From the human T2T-CHM13v2.0 reference genome, Homo sapiens: a DNA stretch of 64,000 nucleotides. Under the pieces are notes generated by a model. That model had not been told where the DNA came from. It worked only from the letters and a program-made list of their open reading frames with translations, and made no database searches. Location of the stretch: the NCBI RefSeq assembly GCF_009914755.1, contig NC_060933.1. One strand, 5' to 3'. The number at the start of each line of letters is the position of its first letter. Position 1 is the first letter of the stretch. Below, one piece after another: positions 30,859 to 45,600 of this stretch. Made by a program: the position numbers and the translations under genes.

Positions 30859-32022
30859 AATCTCTGAGGTTCAGACGAGAGGGAGATTCACCTCCCCTGC
30901 CTACTCCACACACATTCTCTTGCTTCCGTCATTCTGTCTGAGCAAAATCTTCTTATCCAGGTGAGGAACCTGAGCATTACCTTCAGCTTTCAGGTGAGAC
31001 ACTATCTAGAGTATGCAGCCTTCACTTTGCAGGATATAATGATAATGTGCTGTATTAATACAACATCATAGCCACAGCTTTCATATTGCAAAAGAAACAT
31101 TCACGTGGAAATAGGGCGAAGTAGGAAGAGTTTCTAAAATTCATTTTTATCATTTTTGTTCACTCAATAAATACTTACTACAGGTCAAATATGCAAGATA
31201 AATAAACATAGATGAGATACAAGTTCACATGCTGTGGAGGAAAAAATCAAGTGCCTCACTGACTACAATGAAAAGAAACACATGATCAGAATCACAATGA
31301 CGGATAAAAAGAATGGCGAAAGTTGAAAAGGATTGAGCATTTACTATGGGCCAGGCACTGTGCTGATAGATTCTAAATAGATTGACATTTAATTCTCAAA
31401 ACTATACTCTCATTAGTTGAAACTTCAAGTGATTACATATCTTGCCTAACGTTAAGCAGCTTCTAAGTGGGAGAGCCAGAATTTGAACCCAGTTAAGCCA
31501 ACTCCAGCACCTGAACTCTTAATGTAAGGCAGCTACTCCTAAATGTTTGAGAGGCCCAGAAAATGTCTCTTTCCAGCTCAGACCTCTGCAACTTCCCAGG
31601 GAGAATTGCAGTAAGTTGGGCCAGGAAATGTACATGCCAACAGATTCACTAACTTCTTAATTCCTATGCTTGTTTCTAGCATAAAGATAACAAAACTGTA
31701 TCATCAACATGAGAGAGAAGCATGTCTTTCTATTATAACAATAATGAATTACTAAAAAAAAATTTAAAAAGCTTAAAAGATAGAAGGCTTAAACAACAAT
31801 GCTAATAAGTGAAATTGTACTTGAAAGAAATCATTTCTGGTCACATTGGTAGTGCATTATCATTCAGATTTAGGAAAAACAGTCATGTTGATTTGTAGAT
31901 GGAGTCTATGGACCAAACACTGATTGAGAGATCAAAGGAAACTACAAAAGGTCATTTATGGTTATTTTTATTGCTTTCTTATTGAGATCAAAATAGACTT
32001 CACTATGATTAATAATGGGATG

Positions 32023-32372
<350 letters not shown>

Positions 32373-33104
32373 TTATATTAGAATTCCTAGCAGGTGGGAC
32401 TAGAGATTTGGGTTCACTTTCATCTTAAATAGCACAGTCTGACTAATCAGCACTTGAGGAGCCACTACCCAGATGATGTGACTCGTGGTCTTAGTCTCCC
32501 TATTTTCATTTCTATTTGGTCAGGACTTTGATTTATACTTTAAAATGTCTATACTTTTTAAAAGTATAACATACATAGGGAAAAGTTCCCAAGTCATAAG
32601 TATGTACTTCACTGAATTATCACAAAGTTAGCATACCCGTGTGACCACTGCTGAGGTAAAACTGGCATCCCCAAAGCTTCCCTCAGGCTTCCTCCCAACA
32701 GTAAATATACTTTAAACTAATGCAAGAATAGGCAAAATTATAGAAAACAGTTCAACAGATCCCCCAAGTTTTTAAATTTCAAATCTAGACTGAAGAAACA
32801 CAGCTCTCTCCTGGGATAGTTTTCTGCTTGAACCTGCATTTATTATGAATAGGTACTACGTGCCAGGTGCAAGGAGACAATTGTGAATAACACATGGCAG
32901 GTTTCGTTGAGGAACTCCACTGAGAAGCTAGATTATTTCAATGTATTTTAACTGTTTATGGTTTGCTGGCATATACTATAGGTAAAACATCCAGAAATTC
33001 CAAGAGTTGTCCATCAGATTAATGGTCTGTAAATTAGAAGAAAGGTTTTGATATTACTCCTCATTCATCAAATTGCAAGTTGATGTATTCATTAAGACTC
33101 TTTG

Positions 33105-33400
<296 letters not shown>

Positions 33401-35389
33401 TTACAAGTAAGAGGAACCACCTCCAACCAGGTTAAGCAAAAGTATAAAAAATAAAAATAAAACAAATAATGAAGCAATATCTCATAGAACTCAAGGTTAA
33501 AAATGCAGCCATCAATCAGGAAAGTACTGGAACTACGAATTGGGAAGCCTTCCGAATTCTTCATCTTACACACTTATGTCCCTGTAGGTATCTACTTCAT
33601 TCTTCTCCCTCTCTGAGTACCAGTTTTCTGTGCTTCCCTGGTCCACATGATGAAATATGGCTAGCTCTTGGCTCCTTAGGTTACTGGTAGTTTCTGCTAC
33701 AATTAAAAAGCAACTTGCTGACTCTCAGTCTGGTTTCCTATTCCAGCCCCAGCTGAGTCAAATGTCCACTTCCATTTTGGTCAGCCATGCCCAGGGTAGA
33801 AAGTACAGGCACTGCCACACGGATGCTAAGGATGGGGTCAGGATTGTGGGGGCAGGGCTTATGACCCAGAAAGATGTCTCAAGTTTAATGTTATAATTCG
33901 AATCCAACTAGGTTTGACTCAACAGAAACCAAAAACAAAAAAAGAAAAAAAGAAAAGGAAATCAAATGGACATGTGAAATTGATGTGTTCAGCTTCACTT
34001 TATGTGCCCTGTTTTCATTCGTGCTCCTGAAGCTTCTTCCAATTTGATCAAACCATTGCTGGCTTCCTGCTTTAGGCTGGAGGGCATCTTGATGGCCTGG
34101 AAGCCCACATGAACAAGATCACTAGTTTTACCCTCTGCATGTTCCATTTTTCTAACATCAAATGTACCAGTTATAAAATTGTGAATTTTCTCATAAAACC
34201 GCCCACCGGAGAGAAGCATAGGATTATTATCTCTTCTCAAACAGCTGCTTTTTCTTCTTGTAGACCCCTGTAGGTATAAGCTAAAGCTCCCTTCTCATAA
34301 GAAATGCTTGTCATAAGAAAGAAATGAGTGTGAAAATGCCTTTTGATAGATCCTCTGTCTACTTCTGCTATGGGGATTATTTAAACATGAAGGAATTTCA
34401 CGATGATTTAAAATTGACTACCCCCTCCATCTCCAAGTGCTTCTGGATCACTTCCCCAGCTGTTTAAAAAGTTGTTGAGCTATTAACTGCTGTGGAGGCT
34501 GCTCTGAGCTCCCTTTGAAATGGGGGTCCCCTGGCTGCAGTACATAATATTAATGAGCAATAAGTGATTGCCTGCTGCTCTCTACACCAGGCCCTTCTGG
34601 GCTCTGACAAGTGCTGCTGCCGCCTCCACATGGCCTCCTGGCCCACCATGCCTCCAGAGTGATGGATGCCCCTATCGGCACTTCTGTTTCCACAGCCGAC
34701 TGGGTGTCTTGCAGTCAGCCTATTCCAAGAGCATGGACGCTGGGAGAGCTCTTCGCCTTCTCTGTGCTGTTTGCTGAAGCGATCTGAGTGCTCTTTAACA
34801 GAAAGCAATTCTCACCATCCAGCCCATTCTATAGATGAGCAACAGGAACTAGATCCAAATCGCATAAAAGAAGGCAGAACTGGGTCCTGAACCAGACTCT
34901 TAAATCCCAGTTTTTTTCCCAGGAAAAGAGGAAGAGTCCATATTAACATTCCAAAACCAGACACGTAATTAAATATTTCCAGGGCAAATGAGCAACTATA
35001 AAATGGTTTCAGTCACCCTCTTATACATTTCATGTCACACACCACCCTGTCACTAAAGGAGCAGAAAAAAATGCTTCAAGAATTGTTGTACATATGATTC
35101 TACATTGTGAGTCACAGTTAGTAAAATAAGCAACTTACTTGAATTGCTATAAGAAAATGAAAAATCAATATGATTTTGCTTTTTCATTTCAATAAATGTC
35201 AATGGCTGACTTTGCCATGCATTAACTTTTGGTTAATGACTCCACTTTTGGAGCTTGGTTGAGAGCTAAGCTGGCTTCCTGCCTTCCATGTCCTTCGACT
35301 GAAAAGCATGGCCTTGACTCTTTCTCTCCTGAAAGGAAGAGAGATATCTCAGACTGTGGGAGTGGAAGCATGACAGCTACCACATAGAT

Positions 35390-35825
35390 CACCACTGTGT
35401 GTCAAGCACCACTGTAAAAAAATTTTTGTTGCCTCACTTAATCCTCACAACCTCCCTCTGAGGCAGGGACTGTTATAATCGTCATCTGACAGATAAGAAT
35501 GCTGAGAGGTTGTTCCCCTTCCTGTGTCCATGTGTTCACCGGGGCCTGTTGTGGGGTGGGGGGAGGGGGGAGGGATAGCATTTGGAGATATACCTAATGT
35601 TAAATGATGAGTTACTGGGTGCAGCACACCAACATGGCACATGTATACATATGTAACTAACCTGCACGTTGTGCACATGTACCCTAAAACTTAAAGTATA
35701 ATAAAAAAAAAAAGAAAAAGAAAACTGAGAGGTTAAGTGACTTGTCCGAGATCACATAGCTGTAAAGGACAGAAATAGGATTCAAACCCAAGCAGCCCAA
35801 CTCCAAAGTCCATGTTCTTTATCAA
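35390..35825 (-). mobile_element. MIR, interrupted by a short L1PA insertion
   Basis: ttaatcctcacaac...ctgagaggttaagtgacttgtccgagatcaca...ggattcaaaccca. Confidence 0.75.
35512..35724 (+). mobile_element. L1PA 3' end fragment with 5' micro-inversion
   Basis: L1 3' UTR G-tract to poly(A); inverted 27-nt head; TSD ctgagaggtt. Confidence 0.93.
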
Positions 35826-36024
35826 TAGACTAATCCTCTCTATGTAGTATTTGTGTGTCACAGGGAACTCAGGAATTTCATTACTTGACCCCCACCAAAC
35901 TAATAGCTCTGAGCACATGGAACCTTTCCTCTCTAGATGTGAGAACTTCCATGTCTGCCTCCCGAAAAGCAGCTAATTCTACACTTAGTTCAGAGGACTG
36001 TTTCAAATTCAATGTATAATTTAC

Positions 36025-36160
36025 TTTTTTAAGAATTTTCTTAAGAGACAAAGTCTTGCTATGTTGGCCAGGCTGGTCTCAAACTCCTGGCTTCAAGCGA
36101 TCCTCTTGCCTCAGCCTCTACAGTAGTTGGGATTACAGATCTGAGCCACTGTGCCTGGCT
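36025..36160 (-). mobile_element. Free left Alu monomer (FLAM)/AluJ left-arm fragment
   Basis: Single reverse Alu arm. Confidence 0.8.
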
Positions 36161-36215
36161 CAACTTTTCAATTCTGAAAACCAGTTGTAAATTTATAAAA
36201 TTTGAACCTCTGAAG

Positions 36216-36380
36216 CAGTGTTTTTCAAAATCGATCCCATGAACCCACTGCATCAGTGTCTGCAGGGAATGTTTGTTTCAAACATGGAGTCTGAGCTTCA
36301 CCCAAACTCACTGAAACTGAATCCTCTAGGAGTAGGTCCCAGTAATCTGCATTTTTAAGAAGCACCCCAGCCACTCTTAT
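36216..36380. mobile_element. MER5-like hAT relic
   Basis: cagtgtttttcaaa...ctgaatcctctagg...aatctgcattttt. Confidence 0.65.
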
Positions 36381-36689
36381 TGACAAGATTGACAATAATT
36401 ATAGAGTTGCATCTGGAAGTTTCAAGAGCTCTGCACATCATCAATTCAACTGCAGATGATTGTAGAAAGCGTTCAAAGCCACTCTGCATTCAACAGCTAT
36501 TTCAGGGAGAATTACAATGTGCAAGAACTGTTCCTAAATTGTTGTAGTCTCCTTCTGTGTGAGCCAGCTGGTTAAGAGAGTTTGAATAATTTCCCAAGCG
36601 ACTCCAGTTAAGTGGACACTTGAACACTCTGTACCTATGAAAATATAGAAAAGACACAGTTTTCCACCCTGGACCCAAAGTGAGTCTTT

Positions 36690-37195
36690 CAGAATGGGAC
36701 TCTGAATCATCTTTCTTTTTTGCTTAAAACCCTCTCAGAGAACATAACGTGAACTATGAGGGCTTACATAATCTGGCCATGCACACCTCTCTGGCATTAC
36801 CTCACCCACTGCTGCAGCGACTCTGAACTGCCTTCAGTTCTTCCAGAGTGCAAAGCGCTACAGCATCTTTGCACATGATCCTAGGGCATGTTATGTACCC
36901 TCTGCCCCAGCACCTAATTAGGTCTCTCACTCTTCCATCAGAGCTCAGCTTCAATGTCACTTTCTCAGGACAGCCATCCCAGGCCTGCCACAAGTCAGGG
37001 CATCTTCTTACCTCCCATTTTTCCTCCCGCTATTCTTCTTTGGCACTCACCACAGTTTTTCAGTCTGCTTTTGACTGTGTGGTAAACTTATTTCATCAGT
37101 TTCATCAAGTAGACTACAAACAAGAGTCATAATGTTTTGTGCATTCTGGTGTTTAGCCAAGTGCCTGCTACATACTAGGCATGCAATTCCTTGTG
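36690..37195 (+). mobile_element. L2 3' fragment
   Basis: cttaaaaccctc...aatgtcactttctcagga...gtgcctgctacatactaggcatgcaat resembles the L2 3' end. Confidence 0.6.
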
Positions 37196-38446
37196 GTGCA
37201 TCAAGAATGAAAAAAAATTAATAATGTTGGAGGTAAAGTTTTGATTCTCAGTCTAAAATTTAGCATCCATTCTATCGACAAAGATTCCGCATTTTTCATT
37301 TCTATCTCTGTCTTTAAATAGCAGTGGAGATGGTTAAGATTGGAAAGTCTGAACTCTAAACTTCTTTACACGTTCTAGATCCCTTTACTGAATATGTCAA
37401 CAGCTCTAATCCTGATGCTAATTTTAAATTGCTTGTAGTATGGTTATATAGTCATTACTTGTTAAAAGGAAAGTTAATGAAAGAGTGGAAGTTTCTGATT
37501 TTGAAAAACCACAAGGCAACTAATTATCTATTTCCTCTTTTATTTCAAAGGCTGAAATGGATTCTTGTTATTGAATAGGGTAGGGAACATGATGAGCCTA
37601 ACTGGTGATGAGATAGGTTTTGTTTAACTGTATTTTTCATCAATTTCAAGTGTGTCTTTAGTCAGCCATATGAGCTATCATGCCTATCTTTTATAAGAGT
37701 GTTCCTCTATACAAGAACATATCTCTCACAATAATTTAATCACAGTGACTTTTGTTTAAGCTAATTTTGACACAAAAATGATGGATTCGAAATGTGCCTA
37801 AACTATAAGTATGTTAAAAGCTGGAATTGTTCATCTCCTAAGACCCATACGGCATTTAAATTATTATAAAACACTGTCTTCTGGGTATCTTAACTCAAAA
37901 AATTACATCTTACATGATACATATATCAAAACCTAACAATTGTAAGTGGATATCCTTCCACTCATTTTTAGAACACCTTCCTAAGGAAGCTAAGTGCCAG
38001 TGACCTCCCAAATTCTCTATGTGTTTCATATTATGCATTACAGTGGAAACGGATTAGAGAGCCACTCTACAAGTGGGTTAGTGAGCTTGATAGCCAAGCA
38101 GTCCAGATCATTATAGATTGCACCTCATACAGTTTGGTTGTATATCCCTAAATATTGTCACCTTCCAAAGCTAAAAATCTAATATTCATGTCACAAAAAT
38201 CTATGGGAAATTATGGGTAATAACAGTGTTCACTAACAATTACACTTCACATCTCCAGTGTTGTTAACACTTTTGTAGGAATTACCTCCCTCAGTCCACA
38301 CAACAACCCAATGAAGTAGGTACTGTTAGTAAGCCCATTTTATGAATGAGAAAACTGAGACATAGACAAAGTCACAGCTACACCATTACTAAGCTCTTTT
38401 GGAACTCAGGTAGCCCAACTACAGAGCACCCACTTGTAACTATTAA

Positions 38447-38887
<441 letters not shown>

Positions 38888-40439
38888 AGGGGACAAGAGA
38901 ACTGTCTCATAGTCATGGAATGCATCACCATTAAGACAAAAGCAATGTGTTCATGAAGACTTAAGAAAAATGTCACTACTGCAACATTAGGAATGTCCTG
39001 CACTTAATAGAATTATTTTTCACCGCTACAGTTTGAAGAATGTAAATATGCACCTGAGTGGGGCTCTTTTATTTGTTTGTTTGTTTTTGAAATGACCATA
39101 AATATACAAATATAGGACACTGGGTGTTATCCTTTTTTTAATTTTATTCGGGTATGTTTTGGGAGACAACTGTTTATAGAATTTTATTGTAGATATATAC
39201 AAGAAAAGAGCGGTACTTTACATGATTACTTTTCCTGTTGATTGTTCAAATATAATTTAAGAAAATTCCACTTAATAGGCTTACCTATTTCTATGTTTTT
39301 AGGTAGTTGATGCATGTGTAAATTTGTAGCTGTCTTGGAAAGTACTGTGCATGTATGTAATAAGTATATAATATGTGAGAATATTATATATGACTATTAC
39401 TTATACATGCACATGCACTGTGGCTTAAATACCATACCTACTAGCAATGGAGGTTCAGTCAGGCTCTCTTCTATGATTTACCTTCTGTGTTATATGTTAC
39501 CTTTATGTTAGACAATCAGGATTTTGTTTTCCCAGCCAGAGTTTTCATCTATAGTCAATGGCAGGACGGTACCAACTCAGAGTTAAGTCTACAAAGGAAT
39601 AAACATAATGTGTGGCCTCTATATACAAACTCTATTTCTGTCAATGACATCAAAGCCTTGTCAAGATGGTTCATATTGGGAAGGAGACAGTATTTTAAGC
39701 CATTTTCCTGTTTCAAGAATTAGGCCACAGATAACATTGCAAGGTCCAAGACTTTTTTGACCAAACAGTAGATATTTTCTATTTTTCACCAGAACACATA
39801 AAAACACTTTTTTTCTTTTGGATTTCTGGTTGTGAAACAAGCTTGATTTCAGTGCTTATTGTGTCTTCAACTGAAAAATACAATCTGTGGATTATGACTA
39901 CCAGCAATTTTTTTCTAGGAAAGTTAAAAGAATAAATCAGAACCCAGGGCAACAATGCCATTTCATGTAAACATTTTCTCTCTCACCATGTTTTGGCAAG
40001 AAAAGGTAGAAAGAGAAGACCCAGAGTGAAGAAGTAATTCTTTATATTCCTTTCTTTAATGTATTTGTTAGGAAAAGTGGCAATAAAGGGGGAGGCATAT
40101 TATAAAATGCTATAATATAAAAATGTAGCAAAAACTTGACAGACTAGAAAAAAAAAGATCTGTGTTATTCTAGGGAACTAATGTACCCCAAAGCCAAAAC
40201 TAATTCCTGTGAAGTTTACAGTTACATCATCCATTTACCCTAGAATTATTTTTTTAGCAACTTTTAGAAATAAAGAATACAACTGTGACATTAGGATCAG
40301 AGATTTTAGACTTCCTTGTACAAATTCTCACTTCTCCACCTGCTCACCAATGAAATTAATCATAAGAAAAGCATATATTCCAAGAAATTTGTTCTGCCTG
40401 TGTCCTGGAGGCCTATACCTCTGTTATTTTCTGATACAA

Positions 40440-40445
40440 AATAAA
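40440..40445 (+). terminator. Proximal polyadenylation signal AATAAA
   Basis: AATAAA ~1.55 kb after the stop codon, with a GT-rich element (gtttgtgt) ~35 nt downstream. Confidence 0.65.
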
Positions 40446-42375
40446 ACTTAAAAAAAAGAAAACAAGCTAAGAGAGAAGTTTGTGTATAAGACAATGAAAA
40501 TTATGGTCTCCTGTAAGTATATCCCAGCCACCAACTCCTAAAGAACTGCCCTTTTCTCCATATTAAACACACACACACTTACACACACACACATACAAAC
40601 CCCTGCTTTGTAAAGTTTCCATCAGTGGAAACTTTGATTTCTTTTTTTAATCTCTTATGCTCTCCTGAAGTTCATGGTTGAGCACCATCTCCAAGATACC
40701 ACAGAACTCTTGATTGATGATCAAAACAGTAGTGTCATCTTTTCCTTTTAGAAAACGGAACATTTTCTCACCTCATGATTGATGAATTCTAAACCAATGG
40801 GGAAAAACAAAAAGGCTTTAAAATAATGAATCTGTTTCTCAACTACTGTTATATTCAATTAATTTAACTACATTGAACCAAATTACCTTTGGTTCTAAGA
40901 AGACAGCTGTAGACTGCTTATTATGCTGCTACAGGGACTCAATTCTTTTTGGTGTAAATGTCACTCCTGCTAGCTCTTTGTATAAAGAATTAATTCCCAG
41001 AGTCATATTTCCTTCTAATGGAAAGATTACTCTACTGATTGCTAGGAAAACAGGGTAATGGAAGGCACTCAATTAAACCAAGCCGTTTCCAAATGCAATG
41101 TATGTTTTATGATTGGCTTGTGATAGGCGATGCTTCATGTGTCTACTTGGTGTTTCCCTTTGAGCTTTGAACTTATGTCAAACTTTGTTTTCATTGTTCT
41201 GTTGGCCTAGTGTTTTCCATTGTCAGCCTGTAATTCCTGCTCAGTTGCAGAGGGAATTATTTATTTCCTCCAATTTACCTTAGAGGATTTAAATTGGCTC
41301 AATTGATGAAGTGGCTCAGAATTTTTTCCTCCCTTTTCCCATGGGTGATATAGGAAAAAGATTGTTCCCCACATTTACCTTGGGAGGTACTGCTTTGAAT
41401 TTGTGTTGTTTCCACTAGCGTTAAGCATTTCACTGGGACGGCATGGACCTTTTGAAGCTGGGAGGAAGGAAACAGAGCTAGCATCTGAACCAGAGCAAAA
41501 CAATGGCAACCAGGACATACTCATCCCACTTAGTTGAGAGAAGAGATTTCTAGTTTGGGTTACAGTTGCCCAACCTTCCCTTTAAAGAGAATCCAGTCAT
41601 GTTTTCAATGGTAAAAAGCCTTAAAAAGCTGCCCTTCGAAGATCTCCTATGACTGCATGTCAAGGTATTTTGTACCTACAATCCCAGAACTTGGTTCCTT
41701 CCCCATGAGGACTAACAAATGTTCACAACAATCATGATCAAGTGTGCACTGGAAGAAAAAATCCACAATCTGGGCTTCTCACTTCGTGCTTCATAAATGA
41801 CAATCACTGCTTGATGCAGATGTTGCACTGTATCCACTCAGGGATGTTTCCTTAAAAAAAAAAAAATACATCAAGAAGGAGGAAAAAATTAAAAACAGGA
41901 AAATGACAACAAAATGTGAATGGTATAAATTAAATATGTTGCTGAGAGCACCTCTCTGACAAGGCTTTCAGACCAACAAGCAGTAACTTCATGTCATAAA
42001 CTAGATTGACTTATTTGGACTTGCTGAAAAGTTGCACCCAAGTAAGGACAACTTGGTCTCATTTTCTAAACTCTGCTAAGAGCCAAATAATCTAGCTGTC
42101 CCATTCAGAGGAATTTTTATCTCCCTGCAAATCCAAACTTTCTATACAAATCCTGAACAAGGAAAATACAGAAATCTAACTGGCATTAGATAAAATGGAC
42201 AAGGGAGGTGAAACCGGGTGAATTCAAACTTCAGTGTATTTGTGGTCCATAAAAAGAAAGGGAAATTTTGGAGGGAAAATAGGACAGGAAAGGATTCCAA
42301 ATCTGGTTTGACACCCGTATATGCCCGTACTGTCCATGACTCAACTAATCTCTTTGCCCCTTTTTCTGTGGCTCC

Positions 42376-42673
42376 TTTTTTGTTTTGAGACAGATCTTGT
42401 TCAACATGTTGCTCAGGCTGGAGTGCAGTGGCATGAGATCTTGGCTCGCTGCAATCTCTGCCTCCTGGGTTCAAGCGATTCTCCTGCTTCAGCCTCCTGA
42501 GTAGCTGGGATTACAGGCACACGCCCCCACACCCGGCTAATTTTTGTATTTTAGGTAGAGATGGGGTTTCACCATGTTGGCCAGGCTGGTCCTGAACTCC
42601 TGACCTCAAGTGATCCACCCGCCTTGGCCTCCCAAAGTGCAAGGATTACAGGCCTGAGCCACTGCGCCCTGCC
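42376..42673 (-). mobile_element. Antisense Alu (AluS-like) inside the long RORB 3' UTR
   Basis: Reverse Alu body; TSD gtggctc(c)tttt. Confidence 0.95.
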
Positions 42674-45600
42674 TTCAGTGGCTCTTTTATCCCCCAAAGA
42701 CTGAAAGCTGAAGGTGGAGATGTTCTCCACAAACATACCCTTTCTGAATTTCCCTTGTTTTAGCACTGTGTTCAGGGCTCTGGACTAAAGTACCTCTGAG
42801 TAGGTAAAATCAGAGAATATAACGATCTCCTGAGTGATTAGATTTCTTTGGTAGATTCCAAGAGATCTTAAATCATAATAAACTCTGAATATTAACAAGA
42901 GGTGCCAGGGAGGTGTCAGTACATTTCCTATCATAGCTGCCTTGTTCAAAGCATAATCTCAGAGCAGTCAAGCTAAACTGTTTGTAGAAAACCATGAAGA
43001 TCAACTCATGCTCACTCTCTACAATGCAATGTGTACGAGGCTTGAAGGCAAAAACAATTCTTGGGTCCCAAGGACAACCTAAAACTTACCAGCTTTTTTC
43101 AAAAACAACAATCAGATGCAAATAATGGCAGTGTTGTTCTATGTTCTTTGTTTCTGTTCATTATAGAAGCAAGGAAAAATTCTATTTCTATTGGAAATTA
43201 GAAGAAATAATTTCTTCCTGACTCTTTTTTTTTCTATAAACTTTTATTTCCAAGGAAGCTGCTACAATTTGCAGTCAATTCAGGCCATGGACGTCTGTGC
43301 CCTAACAGAAGCACCGTTCAATAGAACAGCAATAACCTTAAAGTGTGCATCTGTAGTGAAACTCTGCACAAAGTCCCCTGCATAAAGAAGAGAGGAAAGC
43401 CTACCATCTGCTTTAGACGAAGTGTTATTTGATGTTCTGTTTCCAACTGTCAGTATAAGCAGCAACTAGAGTAAAGGCCTGATGTGGGAAACTATGGGGG
43501 GTCTTTCAAAAAAAAGCTGACACTCTATTCATTTTTGGGTCTCAGGACCAGAGGGTACAGGGTAGAGGGTAGTTTACCATTTAAAGCAGGGGTTGAAAAT
43601 TCGAAAGCCTAAAAGGGCCAGGGGGCTTAATGCAAATGGGTGAAGCAGCCCAGGGGCAAGCTGGCCAGGAAATGCCCTGTGGAAAAAGGGACATCCACGA
43701 TTTACCTGAAACTGAATGCTGCTAGAGCTTCTGAATTTTATAAAATCTCTGAAATTATACATGATGGCAGTTGATTCAGAGCTTAGTGCAGACCAAACAA
43801 ATACATCACTGAGCAGAAGAGGACCCATAGATCATCAGCTTGCAGCCTCTGGTTTAAAGCAAAATCGCATCTGGGGCCAGCTCAACTGCAGCAAGTCTGG
43901 TCAGATTCAACCCTGGACGATATTAGAATGATATTAGTTTTGGAAGGAGGGGATGGAGATCTTCCCCTTCTAATACTCAATTTTGTTTTGGTATTTGATT
44001 GTCACAACTAGAGGATATAACAGGAGGTCAGTTTAAAAAATAGCAAACAGTCTAAAAATGAAAACTATTCAATTTAGTGATGGCTTATAAAAGACACTCC
44101 AACTTGTCTTGCCCAAACTCCCTTCTTCACAGAGCCAGGGGGCTAGATTTCTTGCCACTTTTTTTCTGAAAGGCAAATGCATGACTTTTATTCTTTTGGG
44201 TCTCAGTGTGTTTCTTGAACTGTGTGACTTCAATATCTGTGACAAGTTTTTATTTTCCCTTAGTTGTATGTGAAGAATTTATTCTATAGTCGTGATCATG
44301 TAGTCCTCCATTGTTTGGAAGTGCAGACCATGGATTCCTATGCAGCAGATGGGGGTTGTCTGTTTGTGCACTTTTTTCCTAAGCTGCTGAAATTCCTCCG
44401 ATGTGAATGGGCCATAGTAATCTTTGCCTCCTGCGTGACTGTAAGCATGGCCTCCAGTGGATCAGAGAAAGCAGCTCAGTGATTGTTCTCATGGCCAAAA
44501 ATAAAGCACAAGGGTTACCGGAATTGAATGAGCCCTGTTCAGGGCAGCACGGGGCATCTGCACCCCAGCTGGGCAGCATGATCCTTGTATTCAACTATAC
44601 TCTTCTGGCAGTAGTTGGTGGCAAGCATTCGCGTGCCTCTGTCACAACCATACGTAGAAACACATTAGGTATGTCTGGAAAGCTACAAATCCCACATCCA
44701 AGCACAGTACCGTCTGCTTCATCTGATTAACACACACACAAGAAAGAAAAATTACACCCACAGAAAACTGAGTATGTATTGTAGAAATGTAGAGGAAAAA
44801 TAAAAATATTTTTTCAAATGTAATTACTTTTAATATATGCTTGTGGAAGGTCTAATACAATGTATGCTGTCTCTGTAATTTTTGCTGTAAATAACTGGAG
44901 ACGGTGAGTACACTGATTTTTCTATGTCTCTGTTTAAGCATAAGACTTTGTAACAATTTTTTTAGAGGGGGAAAATCAACAAAGAGCAAATATGTACTTG
45001 CTTCCTTTCTGCGTGTTATGTACTTCTCAGTTTTTTAATGGAAACTGGTTGTAACAGTTTAAGCATCTTGACGGGTCATTGGTGTTAAGTGTATGCTTCT
45101 TTTTGTAATATGACTGAGAAAGGGACAGGGCTGTCAATTAAATCTGCTCCAAAGAATTTGTATTGAAGATTGGCCTAAGACCTGCAAACTCCATCTATAA
45201 CTAGAAAATACGAAAAAGGAAAATTAAAAAAAAAAGTTGCCTGAGTTAAGTCATCTTTCCTTGTAGCAAATGGCTTTGTCCAAATCCTTTCTGCATGGAA
45301 TAGCTTAAGGAAAACAAACTCCGCTTTCTGATGAACAAGATATTTTTGTACACATTTATTTCTTGTTAATAACCTGAGGTCAGACCACTCATTTGCTGAA
45401 GCCATAACTGACCTTCACCAAATAAATGTTGTAAAGAACCTAGGGGAGGGTTGGGGAGAGACTGAGAGGGAGGAAAATCCAAGGTGTCATGAGCTATAGC
45501 AACACAGGCAGGAGCAAGTTGTTGAAACTGATGCTTTTCCTGCATCCCAAATATGACTTTAAAAGGCTAGTATTTTATGATGATCGATTTATAATGATAA

